Shown here in pieces: positions 20,067-32,042 of a DNA stretch of 55,815 bases. The notes below the pieces were generated by a model. The model saw nothing but the letters and a program-made list of their open reading frames with translations, ran no database searches and was not told the DNA's origin. The translations under genes were made by a program, and so were the position numbers. The number at the start of each line of letters is the position of its first letter. Position 1 is the first letter of the stretch. Source of the DNA: Saprolegnia diclina VS20 (Eukaryota); the NCBI RefSeq assembly GCF_000281045.1, contig NW_008246089.1, positions 585,256 to 641,070 on the forward strand, written 5' to 3'.

Positions 20067-22999
20067 TTACGAGGCCGGCAATAGCGCCTGCAGGATCGTC
20101 GCCATCGACGGCCGCTTGGTCGGGTCTTCGTGGAAGCAGGCTTCGATCAGGTGATGGTATTGGAGAGGCACGGCCTCGTCGAGCGCGAGCCGGCCACCGC
20201 CCACCACGTGCGACGCCGCCATGTACGCCGGCATGTCGCCAAACGGCTTGGTCTCCGTGAACGTTTCCCACATGAGCACGCCGAACGAGTACGAGTCGGA
20301 CCGGAACGAGAAGGCGTGGGGTGGCGTGAGCGACTCGGGCGCCATGTACTTGAGCGGGCCGACGCCTTCGCTGAGCCGGGTCCCGCCATACGAGTTGACC
20401 CGCCGGCACATACCAAAGTCGCAAATTTTGCCCCGCAAGCCGTCGTCGACGAGGCAGTTGCTATCAGGCTTGGTTGAAACATTGATAGAAAAGGGGAAAC
20501 GGTACCGCGCGGCGATGTCGCGGTGCAAGAAGCCGCCTTCGTGGATGTTGAGAAACCCGGCGGCCGCGTCACACAGAATTTGCGTCTTTTGATTCGTCGA
20601 TAGCGCTGGCGCGTGGCTCTCCAAGCTCCCAAACGGAAGGTACTCGGTCACGAGACTCAGCGGCTGCGAGAGGTCTGTGCTTGCGCCCACGAACGGTACA
20701 ATGCTCGGGTGGTGCCCAAACATGGCCAGCACCGCGGCTTCGTGCCGAAACTCTTGCACGATCTGGTCCGAGTTGTCACCAAACTCGCTCGCTCGAATCG
20801 TCTTGACGACCACCTAGACAGACGGCATCGTATCGCAACCTGCGATGAGCAAGGCATCCGACGTACGTCTCGGCCATGGTACCGGGCTCGGTACGCGTCA
20901 CCAAAGTTGCCGCGGCCCACGAGCTCCTTCATGTCGAGCGCCGTGAACGGAATCTCTTCAAACGTCTCGGGCAGCATCTCGAGCTGTGTGTTGAGCTCTG
21001 TCGCCTCCATGGACGCGGCCGAGATCGACGCAATGTACACGTAGGCGCGGAGGATCATGACCTTTGTCCCGACGACCACCGTGGCTTTGAGGAGCACTTG
21101 GTCGCGGGTCGCCTGCGGTACGTTGCACTGGATGTCGTACGCAACGTGGGTCGCGGCGCCCTGCCACGGCAGAGCTTTTGTGGGCGCTTCGTCGACCAAC
21201 GAAAACCCTTCGGGTAGCTCGAGCGTCACGTGGATGAGCGCACCGCGGCGCAAGTCAAACATGACGTCGCGCGAGAGCTGACGCGCGCTTCCGTCGGCGG
21301 TCGCAGCTTCGTGCATGTCGTCCCGCTGGTTGATCAGGAACGCCCAGACGGCAAGAGTAAACGAGCTCTGGGGCGATACGCAGGCCGGGGCGTACGCCGT
21401 CAAGTGCACGTGGTCGAGCACATCGTCGGGTGCTAGTGCTGGCGCAAACGGCGTGTTCACCGACCGGTAGAGGCGGAAGCCGCGCGTCTTGGGCTCAAAG
21501 TCGCTCGACGAGAACGCCGCGGCCGATGGCGGCGACAGGTGGCCGTACATGCGCTCGTATTGCGTCGGGGACGGCCCGTCAAACTGGTCGTACTGCGGCG
21601 GCGACCGAACCAACGAACTCTCAAACAAGTTGCGGTACACGTCCGGCGACTGCGTGTGGAGGCTCCCGGGCATGTAGCTGTACGTGAGACTGCCCGCCGA
21701 AAAGGTACTGTACCCAATCGTGTTGTCGCCATACTCGTGGTCGTCGGGCGCCGACTCCATCTGGTACGTCCGTGGCGCCACGTGAATGGCCATGGGGCCG
21801 CGCATCGGGCCGGCGGGCGACATGTGCGCACCGGCGATGACAAACGAGCTCGACTGACGTTTCTTCTCGAGGAGCTTCTGTCGCTCGTCTTCGACGCTCC
21901 GGCGCTCCTTCTCCAGACTCCGACGCAGCTTCTTGTTGTCTTTGGCTGCGGCTTCGAACCGCTTGTAGTCCTCGATACGCTTGTCAAGGGCTGCGAGCTC
22001 GGCGTCGAGGTCGTCTCTGTCGTCGGTGGCGGCAGTGTCTTCGGCCTCGCTTGCGATTGCGATCGCCACGGCCGTACCATGGATCTGGATGGGAATTGGA
22101 GCAAGCGCGTCCGGCGAGGTGCTATGACGGGCCAGCGACTCGGTGGGAAGCTCCTCGTTGTGGGCGTGTGCCGTTGGTGCCAGCACGTCGTCCGGCGCGC
22201 TCGGGGACGCAGGGGCGGGTTCGGATGGTTGTGGAATCACGAGCGGCTTCTCAACCGTTAGGCTCGTTCTTGCGGGTTGGGAATTCTGCACAGGCAAGAG
22301 CGGTGGTGCCGGCTTGGTCGGCGACGACGGGTGTCGCGCAAACGTGTCGCGCACCTGCGTCGACGTGCTGTGGTACACATTGATGGCGATGTCTCTTGCG
22401 AGCGGACGGCACTCGTCTCTGACGCTTGGCGCTGGCGACGGAAAGATGCTGTTGTACAAGCCAATGCTGATGGACACAATGACGAGGCAAAGGATCTGCC
22501 CGATGACGAGGCCGGCCAAGAGGAAGAGCGACCACTTGACGAGCACTTCGACGGTCAAGCCGCCGCTCGCGTACGTGTCCATGGGCGCGTCTACGACCGT
22601 GTGCATGCCAAGGATCCAAATGGCGACTGGAATCGCCGAGAGCGGGCCGACAAACGTGGTCTTCCAGCCAAAGATGTACAGAAGCGTGTGGAGGACGTGC
22701 GTACTCGTGAGCTCCGCCGGCCGTGTCTGCATGGACAGCGTGCGCTCGGTCTCATAGAGCGAGAGGACGCCGATCTCGACGCGCCAGTAGTTGCGCACAA
22801 AGGCGGTCGCAAGGCCAACGAACCGCGCTTCGTACCCGCCGTCGCCGGCGCCGCCGCGTGCGATCGTGACGAGGCCAAAGGCTACGAACGAGAGAAGCGC
22901 CGCGAGGAAGAGGACCGTGTACAGGACCCACGTGCACACGAAGAAGACGATCGTCCGGCGGTTCGACCGGTTGCCGCCGAGGACAACGCTCGAGCCCAT
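20067..22999 (-). CDS. Membrane-anchored tyrosine-kinase-like protein kinase, paralog 1; introns 20866-20814 and 20505-20461
   Basis: Three N-terminal hydrophobic segments. [33 protein letters not shown] and SDSYSFG motifs. Confidence 0.9.
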
Positions 23000-23419
23000 C
23001 AGTGAAAGGAAAGTCGCCGCCTCTGATTGGCCGCATCCCAAGATTTATGCGCCGGTTGTGCCACTCCAATTGTATTACATACAAATTTCAAATGAATTGA
23101 ATTGAAAATGGCCACGCATTTCGACCAATGGAGTTTTCCGACAGGCGGCGCCGTGGATCGCAGGGCTGCCAGCTGGACACGACCTGGGCGCCGATGGCTG
23201 GTCGCGGACGCCAATGCAGGCGGCGGGCATGGGACGTACCTGCGGTGGGCCGTGGCCGGCAGACCATGGTCGATGCAAGCTTCGCCGTGGCCACGGCCAT
23301 AGGAGCGTCGACGAAGCATCGCGATGGGTTCCGAGCACCGACCCGAGCACGTTCAGAGACGAGTAGTGTGCATGAGCGAACGATGCTTTATTAGGTAGAG
23401 TACACGGGACATTATCTTC

Positions 23420-24724
23420 TTACAAGTCGGTGATGTCGCCTTCGTAGCGCGCGACCATGTGGTCCGAGATCTTGGGGTGGACCTTGACGATGTGCGCACC
23501 GCGGTGTTCGGGGTTGGTGATGAAGACGCAGCCCTTGACGCCGACCTGGGCGGCTGCGTCGCGCATGGCGTCGGCGACCTTGGTCTCGGCACGCTCGCGC
23601 GCGACCTGCGTAAAGATGTCGCCCGAGAGACCGGACGTGATCGCGAGGACGCTCGGGCCCGCGCCGCTGAGGAAGCAGCCGTGCGCGCCGGCTTCGAGCG
23701 CCGCGTCAATCAGCGGAAAGAGGTGGCGGTACTGCGCGGCGCCACGCTGGGGCTGGTGCAAGCGATCCTGGACCGCGTGGCGCAGCTCCGGAAGGTTTCC
23801 AGACTGGAAGGCGTTCACGAGGATCGCCGCACGACCAATGTTGTACACGGCGTCGCTGCGGTCAATCTGTCATGCGCTATATGAGCCATCGGCGAAAGAC
23901 TGCAAAACGGACCTTCTCGGGGAGGATCGCGCGGGCTGCGCTCGTCTTACCCGTCGTCTCGGGAATGAAGAGCACGCATTGCATCCCATCCGGGATCTGG
24001 ACGCGCGACGAGTACCACCGGTCGTCGGTAAAGATACCCTAATGATGCAGTCGATCTGGATAAGAGGACGTGGATACGCGGGTCTCGTACGAGCTGAAGG
24101 CCGCCATAGATGCAAGGCGCAACGTTGTCGGGATGGCCTTCAATGCCCGCCGCCTACGTGTATATGTAGGAGAGCATGCATCTCGTAACGACGCCGTACG
24201 ATCTGCAAGAGCTCTTCCTTGCCGTGCACCGAGAGCTCGTGGCCGGCGATGACAAGACCGGCAATGATACCAGCAACGATCCCTGCCGAGCTGCTTCCGA
24301 GGCCACGCGCAAAGGGAATACGGTTGCGGCAGTGGATGCGCAGCGTTGGCATCGGTTGGCCCGCGGCCTCGAACGCAGCCTTGAGGCCGACGACGATGAG
24401 GTTGGTCTCGTCGGTCGGGAGCACGCCCGCGCCCTCGCCTTCGTTCGTAAACGAAAAGGTAGCCGCCCGCTCGACTGTGAGCTCGTTCCAGATGTCGAGC
24501 GCCATGCCGATCGAGTCAAAGCCCGGGCCCAAGTTGGCGGTCGTCGCCGGCACTCGGACCGTGACGGAATCCTTGGGTCCAAAGCCGCTGCCCGTCGCCG
24601 AGGTCGCTTGGCGGGGCACTGCCGTAGGCTTGGGCTTGGGCGCCGCCTTCTTGGCGCCGACGTAGTAGACGAGCGCAGTGCAGAGCGCAGCAGCGGCGAG
24701 CTTCGTAGCAACGTCCGGAAGCAT
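23420..24724 (-). CDS. thrB: Homoserine kinase (GHMP family), 4 exons
   Basis: VRVPATTANLGPGFD, IPFARGLGSSSA, EGHPDNVAP, DRLHQPQR and LSGAGPS motifs. Three short GT-AG introns between ~23870 and 24199. Confidence 0.93.
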
Positions 24725-25778
24725 CTTGGGTTCTGGTGGATCGGGTGGTCAGTTGCTCACCTTGAAGTGACAAGCGCAGGAAGATTTTTGTGGCGTGGTG
24801 TCAAATGGGATCTTCCACTGTCTCAATCGTCTGCAATATATCAATAGTGTCTCAATATGGATCGGAGAACGACAGGGCGGTGGTATTCGATTCCGTTCGA
24901 TGGGCCGCTCTCGTGTCATATCCTTCACTCTGTGAGGACATTTCAAGGGCATTCATGTGCGGTGCATGTACCTCCCGGGGCAGTCCTCGTCCGCCGGTGC
25001 ATGCAACGTCCACGCAGAATCGAGACACAATTGAGATATTCGCCGGATCACAGATATCTCTGGCGCGCAGGAACTGTATAAAACAGAGTTTAAAACATAT
25101 ATTGCGCAATCACATACAATCGAATGTATCGAACAAAGAAAGCAAACACAATCCGGAATTGCATATATCGAATATGGCAGTATATATATTTTGAGGGTAT
25201 ATGTCCACATACAAGTGTCTCGGCGCCAGCTGCTGTTGGCACTGACAAGTGGACGTCTGTCTCTGCGCCGAGGCTCACAATTTGTCGGGTAATGTGATCA
25301 CCACAACTCTCAGACGACGCTGACACGGTGGAACGTAATCGTCCGCGTCTACAAGCCTGATTCCGCGTCTTCGCGCAGGTTGTCATCGCGCCCGTTCAGC
25401 GCCGCACGACGTTTCCGTGCCACTGCCCAGTGGTGCCCGTTCGAGGCTCTTGGTGCGACCACTGACAGCGATCCCATGCACGCTCATGCTTTCATTCTGG
25501 CGCGCCATTTTCAAATTCAAAAACTCTCGCCAGACGCCGCCGGGTCATCCATATACATACACAGGCGCACGCGAGCTCCGCCTACTCCCAACCGTGTATT
25601 ACGCTGGACGAGCACCATGTTGCATCGACAGTGACGTGAACGTTGTCGACGCAATCGTGGGCGCCCAGTATCCGGATACCAGAAACGCGCGCATACAAAC
25701 ACCAAGTCCAAGGCCGTTTCGCTTTTTTTCGCATGATTTTCCAACTGCGGTCAGTTTGCATTTTGCCCTTTCTGTGCG

Positions 25779-27167
25779 ATGCTCGAGACGATCTCGCTCC
25801 TCGCCGAGTGGCTTCCGAGCCCGCTGCAGTGGGCCTACCTCGTGCTGGCGCTTCTCGTCTCGTACTATGTGCTGTCGCCGTCCCGGTCCCGGCTCCCGCC
25901 TGGCGACGAGCCCGTGCGCGGCCACGACCTCTGCTGGTTCCTCCTCGACGACCAGATCCCGTTCATTATCAACGCGTTCCAGACCATGGACCGCATCTCG
26001 CTGAGCGAAGTGCGCGCGCTGGTGCAAGCCCGCATGGTGGACAAGCAGAACCGCCTCACGCACCGCATCGTCTACCACCATGGCCGGCCATGCTGGAGCC
26101 GTGACGCCAACTTTAAGCTCGAGAAGCACGTGTACGCCGACGAGAACGCCAATGTGCACAGCGAAGCCGAGCTCAAGGCGTACGTGAGCAAGCACTACAC
26201 GCGCGACTTGGACCGCTCGCGGCCGCTCTGGGAAATGATCCTCCTCGAAGACTACAGCCCAAGCGAGAGCGTCCTCGTCATGCGTTTCCATCACGTTGTC
26301 GGCGACGGCATCTCGCTCGTCGCAATGATGTTTAACGCTGTCGACGAAGTCCCGACGCCGACCGCGGCACCCGTCAAGGTCGGACAAACCGCCTCGAGTC
26401 TCTCATTGCTCAAGAACGGCGGCAACAACATTGCCGCGGCCATTGGCCAGCTTCGCCCACGGGACGTCTCGCCGTACCGCCCGCCACGCGTGAGCGGCAA
26501 GATGCGTGCTGCGTGGAGCAGCAAGATCTCGCTCGCGGATCTCAAGTTTGTCAAAAACACATTCGAGTGCTCGATCAACGATGTCGTCGTCGCGTGCGTC
26601 ACCGCCGCGCTCCGCGCCTACCTTGAAAAGACGGGCGGGCTCAAGGCTACGGCGCGCGTGCGTGCGAGTCTCCCCGTCAACCTCCGCGGTCCGTCGCTGA
26701 GCGCCAACCGAACGCTCCAAAACTACTTTGGCATTGTCTACTTTCAGTTCCCCGTGCACGAAGCCGACCGGCTGACGCGCTTGCACTTGGTCAAAGCGCG
26801 GGCCGCATCCATGAAGGCGTCGATCGAGCCGCATTTGACGCTCCTCGGTCTCAGCGTCATCGCCAACCTCCCGCTCTGGCTCGCGCGGCCGCTGCTGCAT
26901 GTCATGAGCAGCAAGGCGACGCTCGTCTTCTCCAACGTCCCGGGCCTCCAAGAGCTATGCTCGATTGGCGGCAAGCGGCTCCACGACATACACTTCTTCG
27001 CACCGGGCGGGTTCCTCCCCATCAACATTTCCGTGCTCTCGTACGCACACAACGTCGACTGCAACGTTGGTGCTGACGAGAGTGTCTGCGACGACCCGCA
27101 GTACATTGCCGACGTCTTTGTGACGGAGTTTGAAGCACTGCATGCACTCGCCAAAGCCCGTACCTAA
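25779..27167 (+). CDS. Wax ester synthase/diacylglycerol acyltransferase (WS/DGAT), 462 aa
   Basis: LDRSRPLWE, catalytic HHVVGDG (HHxxxDG), SINDVVVA, PVNLR, FSNVPG and SVLSY motifs. N-terminal TM segment. Confidence 0.92.
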   Translation: MLETISLLAEWLPSPLQWAYLVLALLVSYYVLSPSRSRLPPGDEPVRGHDLCWFLLDDQIPFIINAFQTMDRISLSEVRALVQARMVDKQNRLTHRIVYHHGRPCWSRDANFKLEKHVYADENANVHSEAELKAYVSKHYTRDLDRSRPLWEMILLEDYSPSESVLVMRFHHVVGDGISLVAMMFNAVDEVPTPTAAPVKVGQTASSLSLLKNGGNNIAAAIGQLRPRDVSPYRPPRVSGKMRAAWSSKISLADLKFVKNTFECSINDVVVACVTAALRAYLEKTGGLKATARVRASLPVNLRGPSLSANRTLQNYFGIVYFQFPVHEADRLTRLHLVKARAASMKASIEPHLTLLGLSVIANLPLWLARPLLHVMSSKATLVFSNVPGLQELCSIGGKRLHDIHFFAPGGFLPINISVLSYAHNVDCNVGADESVCDDPQYIADVFVTEFEALHALAKART

Positions 27168-27238
27168 TCGTATTGTATAATCGTTTTGCGTTTGTCTTGG
27201 AGTTGTGTTATCCAACATCGTCAGGTCTCTCGGTCCAG

Positions 27239-28597
27239 TTAGCGCGACGCTTTTGTGGCCTTGGGACCGCGGTGGCGGCGACTGCGGCCCGTTGGCGGGT
27301 GGTACTTGCGCTGGCAGTTGAAGCACGCGCGGCTGAGCCACGCCGACTTGTTGAGGATGCTCTCTTTGCGCAGCTCAAAGCTCACCGTGATACCGACGGC
27401 GCGAAACGGGTCGGCGGCCGCGAGCTCCAAGAACTTGGTCACGGCCTTCTCGTCAAACGCGTGGCCTTCCGCTTGCATGCGGTCGACCCAGCTTATGGTC
27501 GCGGCGCGAACGTCGTCCGCCGTCATGTTGGTCTGCATCTCGGAGCTGGCGTGGATTTGGATCGACTGCTTCTGGATCTCTTGCGGGGTCGGTGCGTCGT
27601 ACAGATACCCTCGTTTCACGACCACGTCGTCGGCCGAGTCCTCCGTGGCGGTTGGCGACGCCGACGCGTCATCCTTCTCGACCTCGTGCGCGTCGCTTTC
27701 GTTGTCGTCGTGGTCCGAGTCGTTGACGCTGCGCTCCGACGACGTGCTTGGGCTTTGCGGCTCCTTTGGCGCGGGTTCGTCGGTCGTGAGGCGTGTGAGG
27801 AACGGGTCAAACTGCAGCGCGTGAAAGGTCGTGCCGTCGTCGTCGTCGTCATCGTCGTTTGCACGATTGTTTTCTTGTGGCACGTACACGCGGGGTGCGT
27901 CACCAAAGTCTTGAAGGAGCATGTCCTTGGCAAAGCTAAACTCGACATCGTCCGGTACCTCGTCCTCGTGGCGTGGCGTAGGATCTACGCGGTGGCGCGG
28001 CGAGCAAATCATGCCAAAGCTCGGCGCGGGCTTGGCACTCAAGCTGAGCTCTTGGTCGTTCTCGGACAAGACAGGAGACCCTTGCGGCTCGAACGTTGTT
28101 GCTGGTGCGTCGGTTTCGATTGCGTCGAGCGGATGCAACCCAAGCGACGAAAAGGCGAGGTGGTCGGGCTCGGATGACGACGCAGGCAGCGGTGGCGGCA
28201 GTTCGTGCGCGCTGTTATAGTTGTTGTTGCCTTCCATGCTCGGCGCCGGGTGCGAGAGCTGCGGTGGTGGCGCCGGGTAAAAGTAGCCAAACGGGTACGG
28301 ACTGCGGTACAGCCCATACGGCGGCAAGACGAACGCGCTGAGCGGCGGCACCTGCAGCTGGTAGAGGCTGCTGTGGATCGCGCTCGGGTCGACGTACTGG
28401 CCTTGCGACAGCTGCTGTATGACCGACGCGACAAAGCTCAGCGAGGGCACGAGGTCGGGCGGGAGGGCGTGGGCCTGCAGCAGCACGTGGAGGACGTTCG
28501 GGAGGTACGGCGTCATCGGCGACTTGGTCGGGAAGGCCATGAGGAGGCTGCTGGACAGCGCCATGCAGCGCGCGACAAGCTCGTCGCTCACGTTCAT
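27239..28597 (-). CDS. Hypothetical protein, largely Pro/acidic low-complexity
   Basis: 452-codon ATG ORF with coding-like GC3 and a C-terminal CxxC (CFNC). No family recognised. Confidence 0.65.
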   Translation of the reverse strand: MNVSDELVARCMALSSSLLMAFPTKSPMTPYLPNVLHVLLQAHALPPDLVPSLSFVASVIQQLSQGQYVDPSAIHSSLYQLQVPPLSAFVLPPYGLYRSPYPFGYFYPAPPPQLSHPAPSMEGNNNYNSAHELPPPLPASSSEPDHLAFSSLGLHPLDAIETDAPATTFEPQGSPVLSENDQELSLSAKPAPSFGMICSPRHRVDPTPRHEDEVPDDVEFSFAKDMLLQDFGDAPRVYVPQENNRANDDDDDDDGTTFHALQFDPFLTRLTTDEPAPKEPQSPSTSSERSVNDSDHDDNESDAHEVEKDDASASPTATEDSADDVVVKRGYLYDAPTPQEIQKQSIQIHASSEMQTNMTADDVRAATISWVDRMQAEGHAFDEKAVTKFLELAAADPFRAVGITVSFELRKESILNKSAWLSRACFNCQRKYHPPTGRSRRHRGPKATKASR

Positions 28598-28979
28598 CGA
28601 AGAGAGGAAAAGTGCGCGTTGACGGAGCGGCCAATGTATCCGGATATAGATACCATATCCTCGCGCGTATCCGGATTATCCTGTGCCCCTTGGTGCAATG
28701 TCGATGGTTAATTCATTGTGAGAGGTAATACCTCTCAAATCGCATACATTCGGCAACTTCAACCTCGAATTCCGAAGAAAAGACGGTGTTTCGGTGCTTC
28801 TTTGGTGCCGCCTTGAAAAGAGCAATCGCTGTGTACACCAACATCTGCACGACTACCTGCTGCTTGCAAGGTACACCATGCTACGCCATCTGGGCACGCC
28901 GTCGAGAATGCCCCGGTATTGTTACCGGCAGTAGGGCGAAGGGTATGTCTGGTTTGCGATGGATTCAAAGGGCGTTCGA

Positions 28980-31955
28980 TTAAGCGGAATGCGGCGGCTT
29001 GGTGAGGTTTGTAGCACCGACTAAAGTCTCGTTGGCGCTCAGTGCCATCTCGGGGATGTGGGACTTGGAGAGAAAATGGCCTTGGCGTCCGTTGTGAAGT
29101 GCGAGGTCCATCTCTCGAAAGAACGCCTCTTTTGTGAAGCCCAAGTGCGCCTCGACCTCAGGCCCGCGGTGCAGCTACGATACAACGTCATATTGGAGCA
29201 GTAAATGGAGACGCGTCGTGAACCTGGTCCGACTTGCGCCGCACGACACGCTCTCGCCAGTACTCTGCGAGACGGTGGAGCGTTGGTGCCTACGTCGTGC
29301 TCAGAACGACCACGAATTTAGATCGACGAACGCACTCGGAGGTGCTTGTAGACGACGATGTGCGCCATGGCGGCGAGCGCGCTTGGCACAAACTCTGCCG
29401 CCAGCTTCTTCTGGACGATGCCGCAGTGGGGGCACACCCCTATTCGCGAGCGTATGGCAAGCCGTTCGGTTGTCACGAACCCGAAATCTCGGCGGCTGTG
29501 CTCGTGCGACGGCCGTGCGCGACGCGACACGGGTCACAGATCAAAGTAGAGAAGGCAATTTCAACGGTCGGAGCGGTCAAGAGGAGACAGACAACGACGT
29601 CGCTCGATTTGCCCTTCTTGCCGTCGCCCGACCGAAGAAACCGGTCAAGGAGACGCCCGTCGGCCTCGCTAAGCTATGCACGATCACGGTCACCTCACTG
29701 AAATCGTATGGGACAAGAGCGTACATCGTCGCTGAGCACAACGAGGTCGTAGCTGGGCACGACGTTGTTGACTGCTGGAGCTTTGCTCATCTTGGCAAAG
29801 CGCACGAGGGCTTGCTATAGCCAGACGTATGACACGGTGTGCGTCGACACGACGCCTACCTCTCCGTTCATGGCCAGGTCCCAGTCGAATTGCTCCTTGC
29901 GCAGAATCTTTTCATTGGCCACCTAGTCAACGCGTCCATCAAACGACTTGTCCAGATGTATCCGTAAGGGTCCTACGTGCAGCTTGACGTTGGCCTGGAC
30001 CAGAAGCGTCCGCGGCGGCTGGTCCATGAGGTGCGTGAGGCTTGCGTTCTTGGTCGTCGGCGTGATGCGCAGGGCTTGTCCCCCCAGACTCGAGACGCTG
30101 ACCAGCTTGCCTTCGAAAAAGCTAGGACTGCGTCAGCACATGAAAGGCTCACAAATGGGTTACAAGAGAAAGGTTGGAGCGGCGTGCACTCGATACCGCT
30201 TGGCGAGCGCGCGCGACTCAGCCAAGTCGACTTTGACCAGACGATACTTGTGGTTGGTAATGTTGGCCCTAAGATTGGTCCTCAGCAATATCAACCGCAG
30301 ATATGATTTTGGTACACAAGCGACTGGGAAAAGGCGTGTTGTTGCAGCTCGTCGGGTTTTTCACCCAGCACTTGGTGCACGAGTTCGAGCACCTTCTCAG
30401 CGTGGCGGCTGAGCCGGTCGTCTTCGCGCAAGCATGCCACGAGCACGATTTGGTCAGTGCCGCAATCTGAGACCAGAAATTCGTCGAGATGCGACGCTGA
30501 GACCACTTCAAGGCGCAGGCCCATGGGCACAGCGCTACCTCCGGGCACCTAGATCCCGTATAAGATTCCCTACGAGACTTGCAATCGTAGGTACCTGAAT
30601 GTCGACGCTGTAGCGACCACTGGCATTACAAAGAACTGCTGTTCGTGGCAGCACGGGGTTGGCGTGTTCGAGTTTTTGGCGAATTTCGAGCGACGCAAGC
30701 CACTGCCCGTCCTTGTTTTTAAGCTTGTGGAGCAAATGCTTTGTTTCGTGCGGCTGCATCGGCTGGCCAAAGAGTGTCGGCTCTGTCCCGACTTCGAACC
30801 CCGTTGGGGGCAGCACGGGGAGCTCGGCCAATGTTCGTTCGCGCGCATCGTGGAGCCAATTACCGCTGCAGTATGGCGTCACCTTGCACCCCTAGATCGC
30901 TCATTGTTCAAGTACGTTAAAGAAGCCACAAACTGCACCTCGTAATTGTCAAATTTGCGTTCGAGGCCCGTGACGACCTCTTTGATGGACGGGTGCTGCA
31001 GGTCGACGCTTCGTGGATGCTGCTTGCTGCGCTTCTCCAATGCCGCCAGCTCAATTTGCTTTTGGCGCTGCACAAGGTTCGGACAACTCGTGTCGACCAA
31101 GAGCTTGCCCCGCAGCGGCCCGGAAGTGATTCTAGCGACGGCGTGAACAAGGCTTTTGTGCGACGAGGTCTACCGGCGGCTGTGCCCGAGGTACGTGTCT
31201 TCGCGCTTGAGCTTTTCGCCGCAGTGAAACTCGAGGGCGATGCCGCAGTTGACGAACTTCACCGACACATTCTTGCGGTCGACGTATTTGAAGGTCATGG
31301 TTTCGTTGAGCGCAATAACAATCGGGTCCGTCGGCGGCGTCCCCGCGTTCTGCGCGTGCGGGTTCCAGCGCCATTGCTACATGCACAACTTGTCATATCG
31401 TTGGGCGACAGAGCTGACGTACGTGAACAATATCATTGTGGCCGTCCGAGAGAATCGCGCCGTCTTTGGTCATGACGAGCTTGGTGCCGTGGGGCTTGCC
31501 CGCGGCGCCGACCTAGGTTGACTCAGGCGCGACTAGCACGCTGTTAGGACCTACAACGTGCTCGTCGATCGAGCACAAGATGCGCTTCAGTCGGTTGTCT
31601 ACAGTCCACAAACTTGAGAAAGCCAACGAAGGTCGAGATGCGGACTCTCGTAAAAGGTGTGGCGGCGCTGGAGAGCGTTCACCTTGCTGACGCACACAGC
31701 GACGCGGCCCGTCTCGTAGCTACAGCGTGCAGTGAGCTCTACGCGTACGTACACCCCGGCGTACTAGCAAAAGCCGCAGCCATCGCTGTCGAAAACAACG
31801 GCCTGTTCGCCGGTCGGGTACGTCAAGTTGAGATCCGCCTTGTCGTCTCTCTTGGCGCCTGCTTGCTCCTTGGCCACTAGCACATCGTACAGCCACCGAT
31901 GCGACCCTAGGACGCCAGTACCGAGCGCGTCCAGTGCCTCTTGGTTGTTCTGCAT
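28980..31955 (-). CDS. Multi-exon FAM194/C3orf20-like protein with thioredoxin-like and degenerate receiver-like segments
   Basis: Manual splicing gives YPTGEQAVVFDSDGCGFC..YETGRVAV..QWRWNP..PIVIALN (FAM194-like), YRLVKVDL..LAKRYRVHAAPTFLFFEGKLV (Trx-like) and a C-terminal LGFTKEAF..GRQGHFL. More than 10 short introns; boundaries and start are approximate. Confidence 0.7.
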
Positions 31956-32042
31956 TGCGATGACTAAGAATAGCGTACAACTTTAGTCATGAGTGTGCAC
32001 AGTTTGGTAGTATTCACATTGCATAAATGTCCTCCGAGCTAT

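Noticed and set aside
24950..25400. AT-richer intergenic tract with repeated ATATCG/ATATT words, possible TE remnant
   Set aside because: No TIR, TSD or second copy could be identified within the window.
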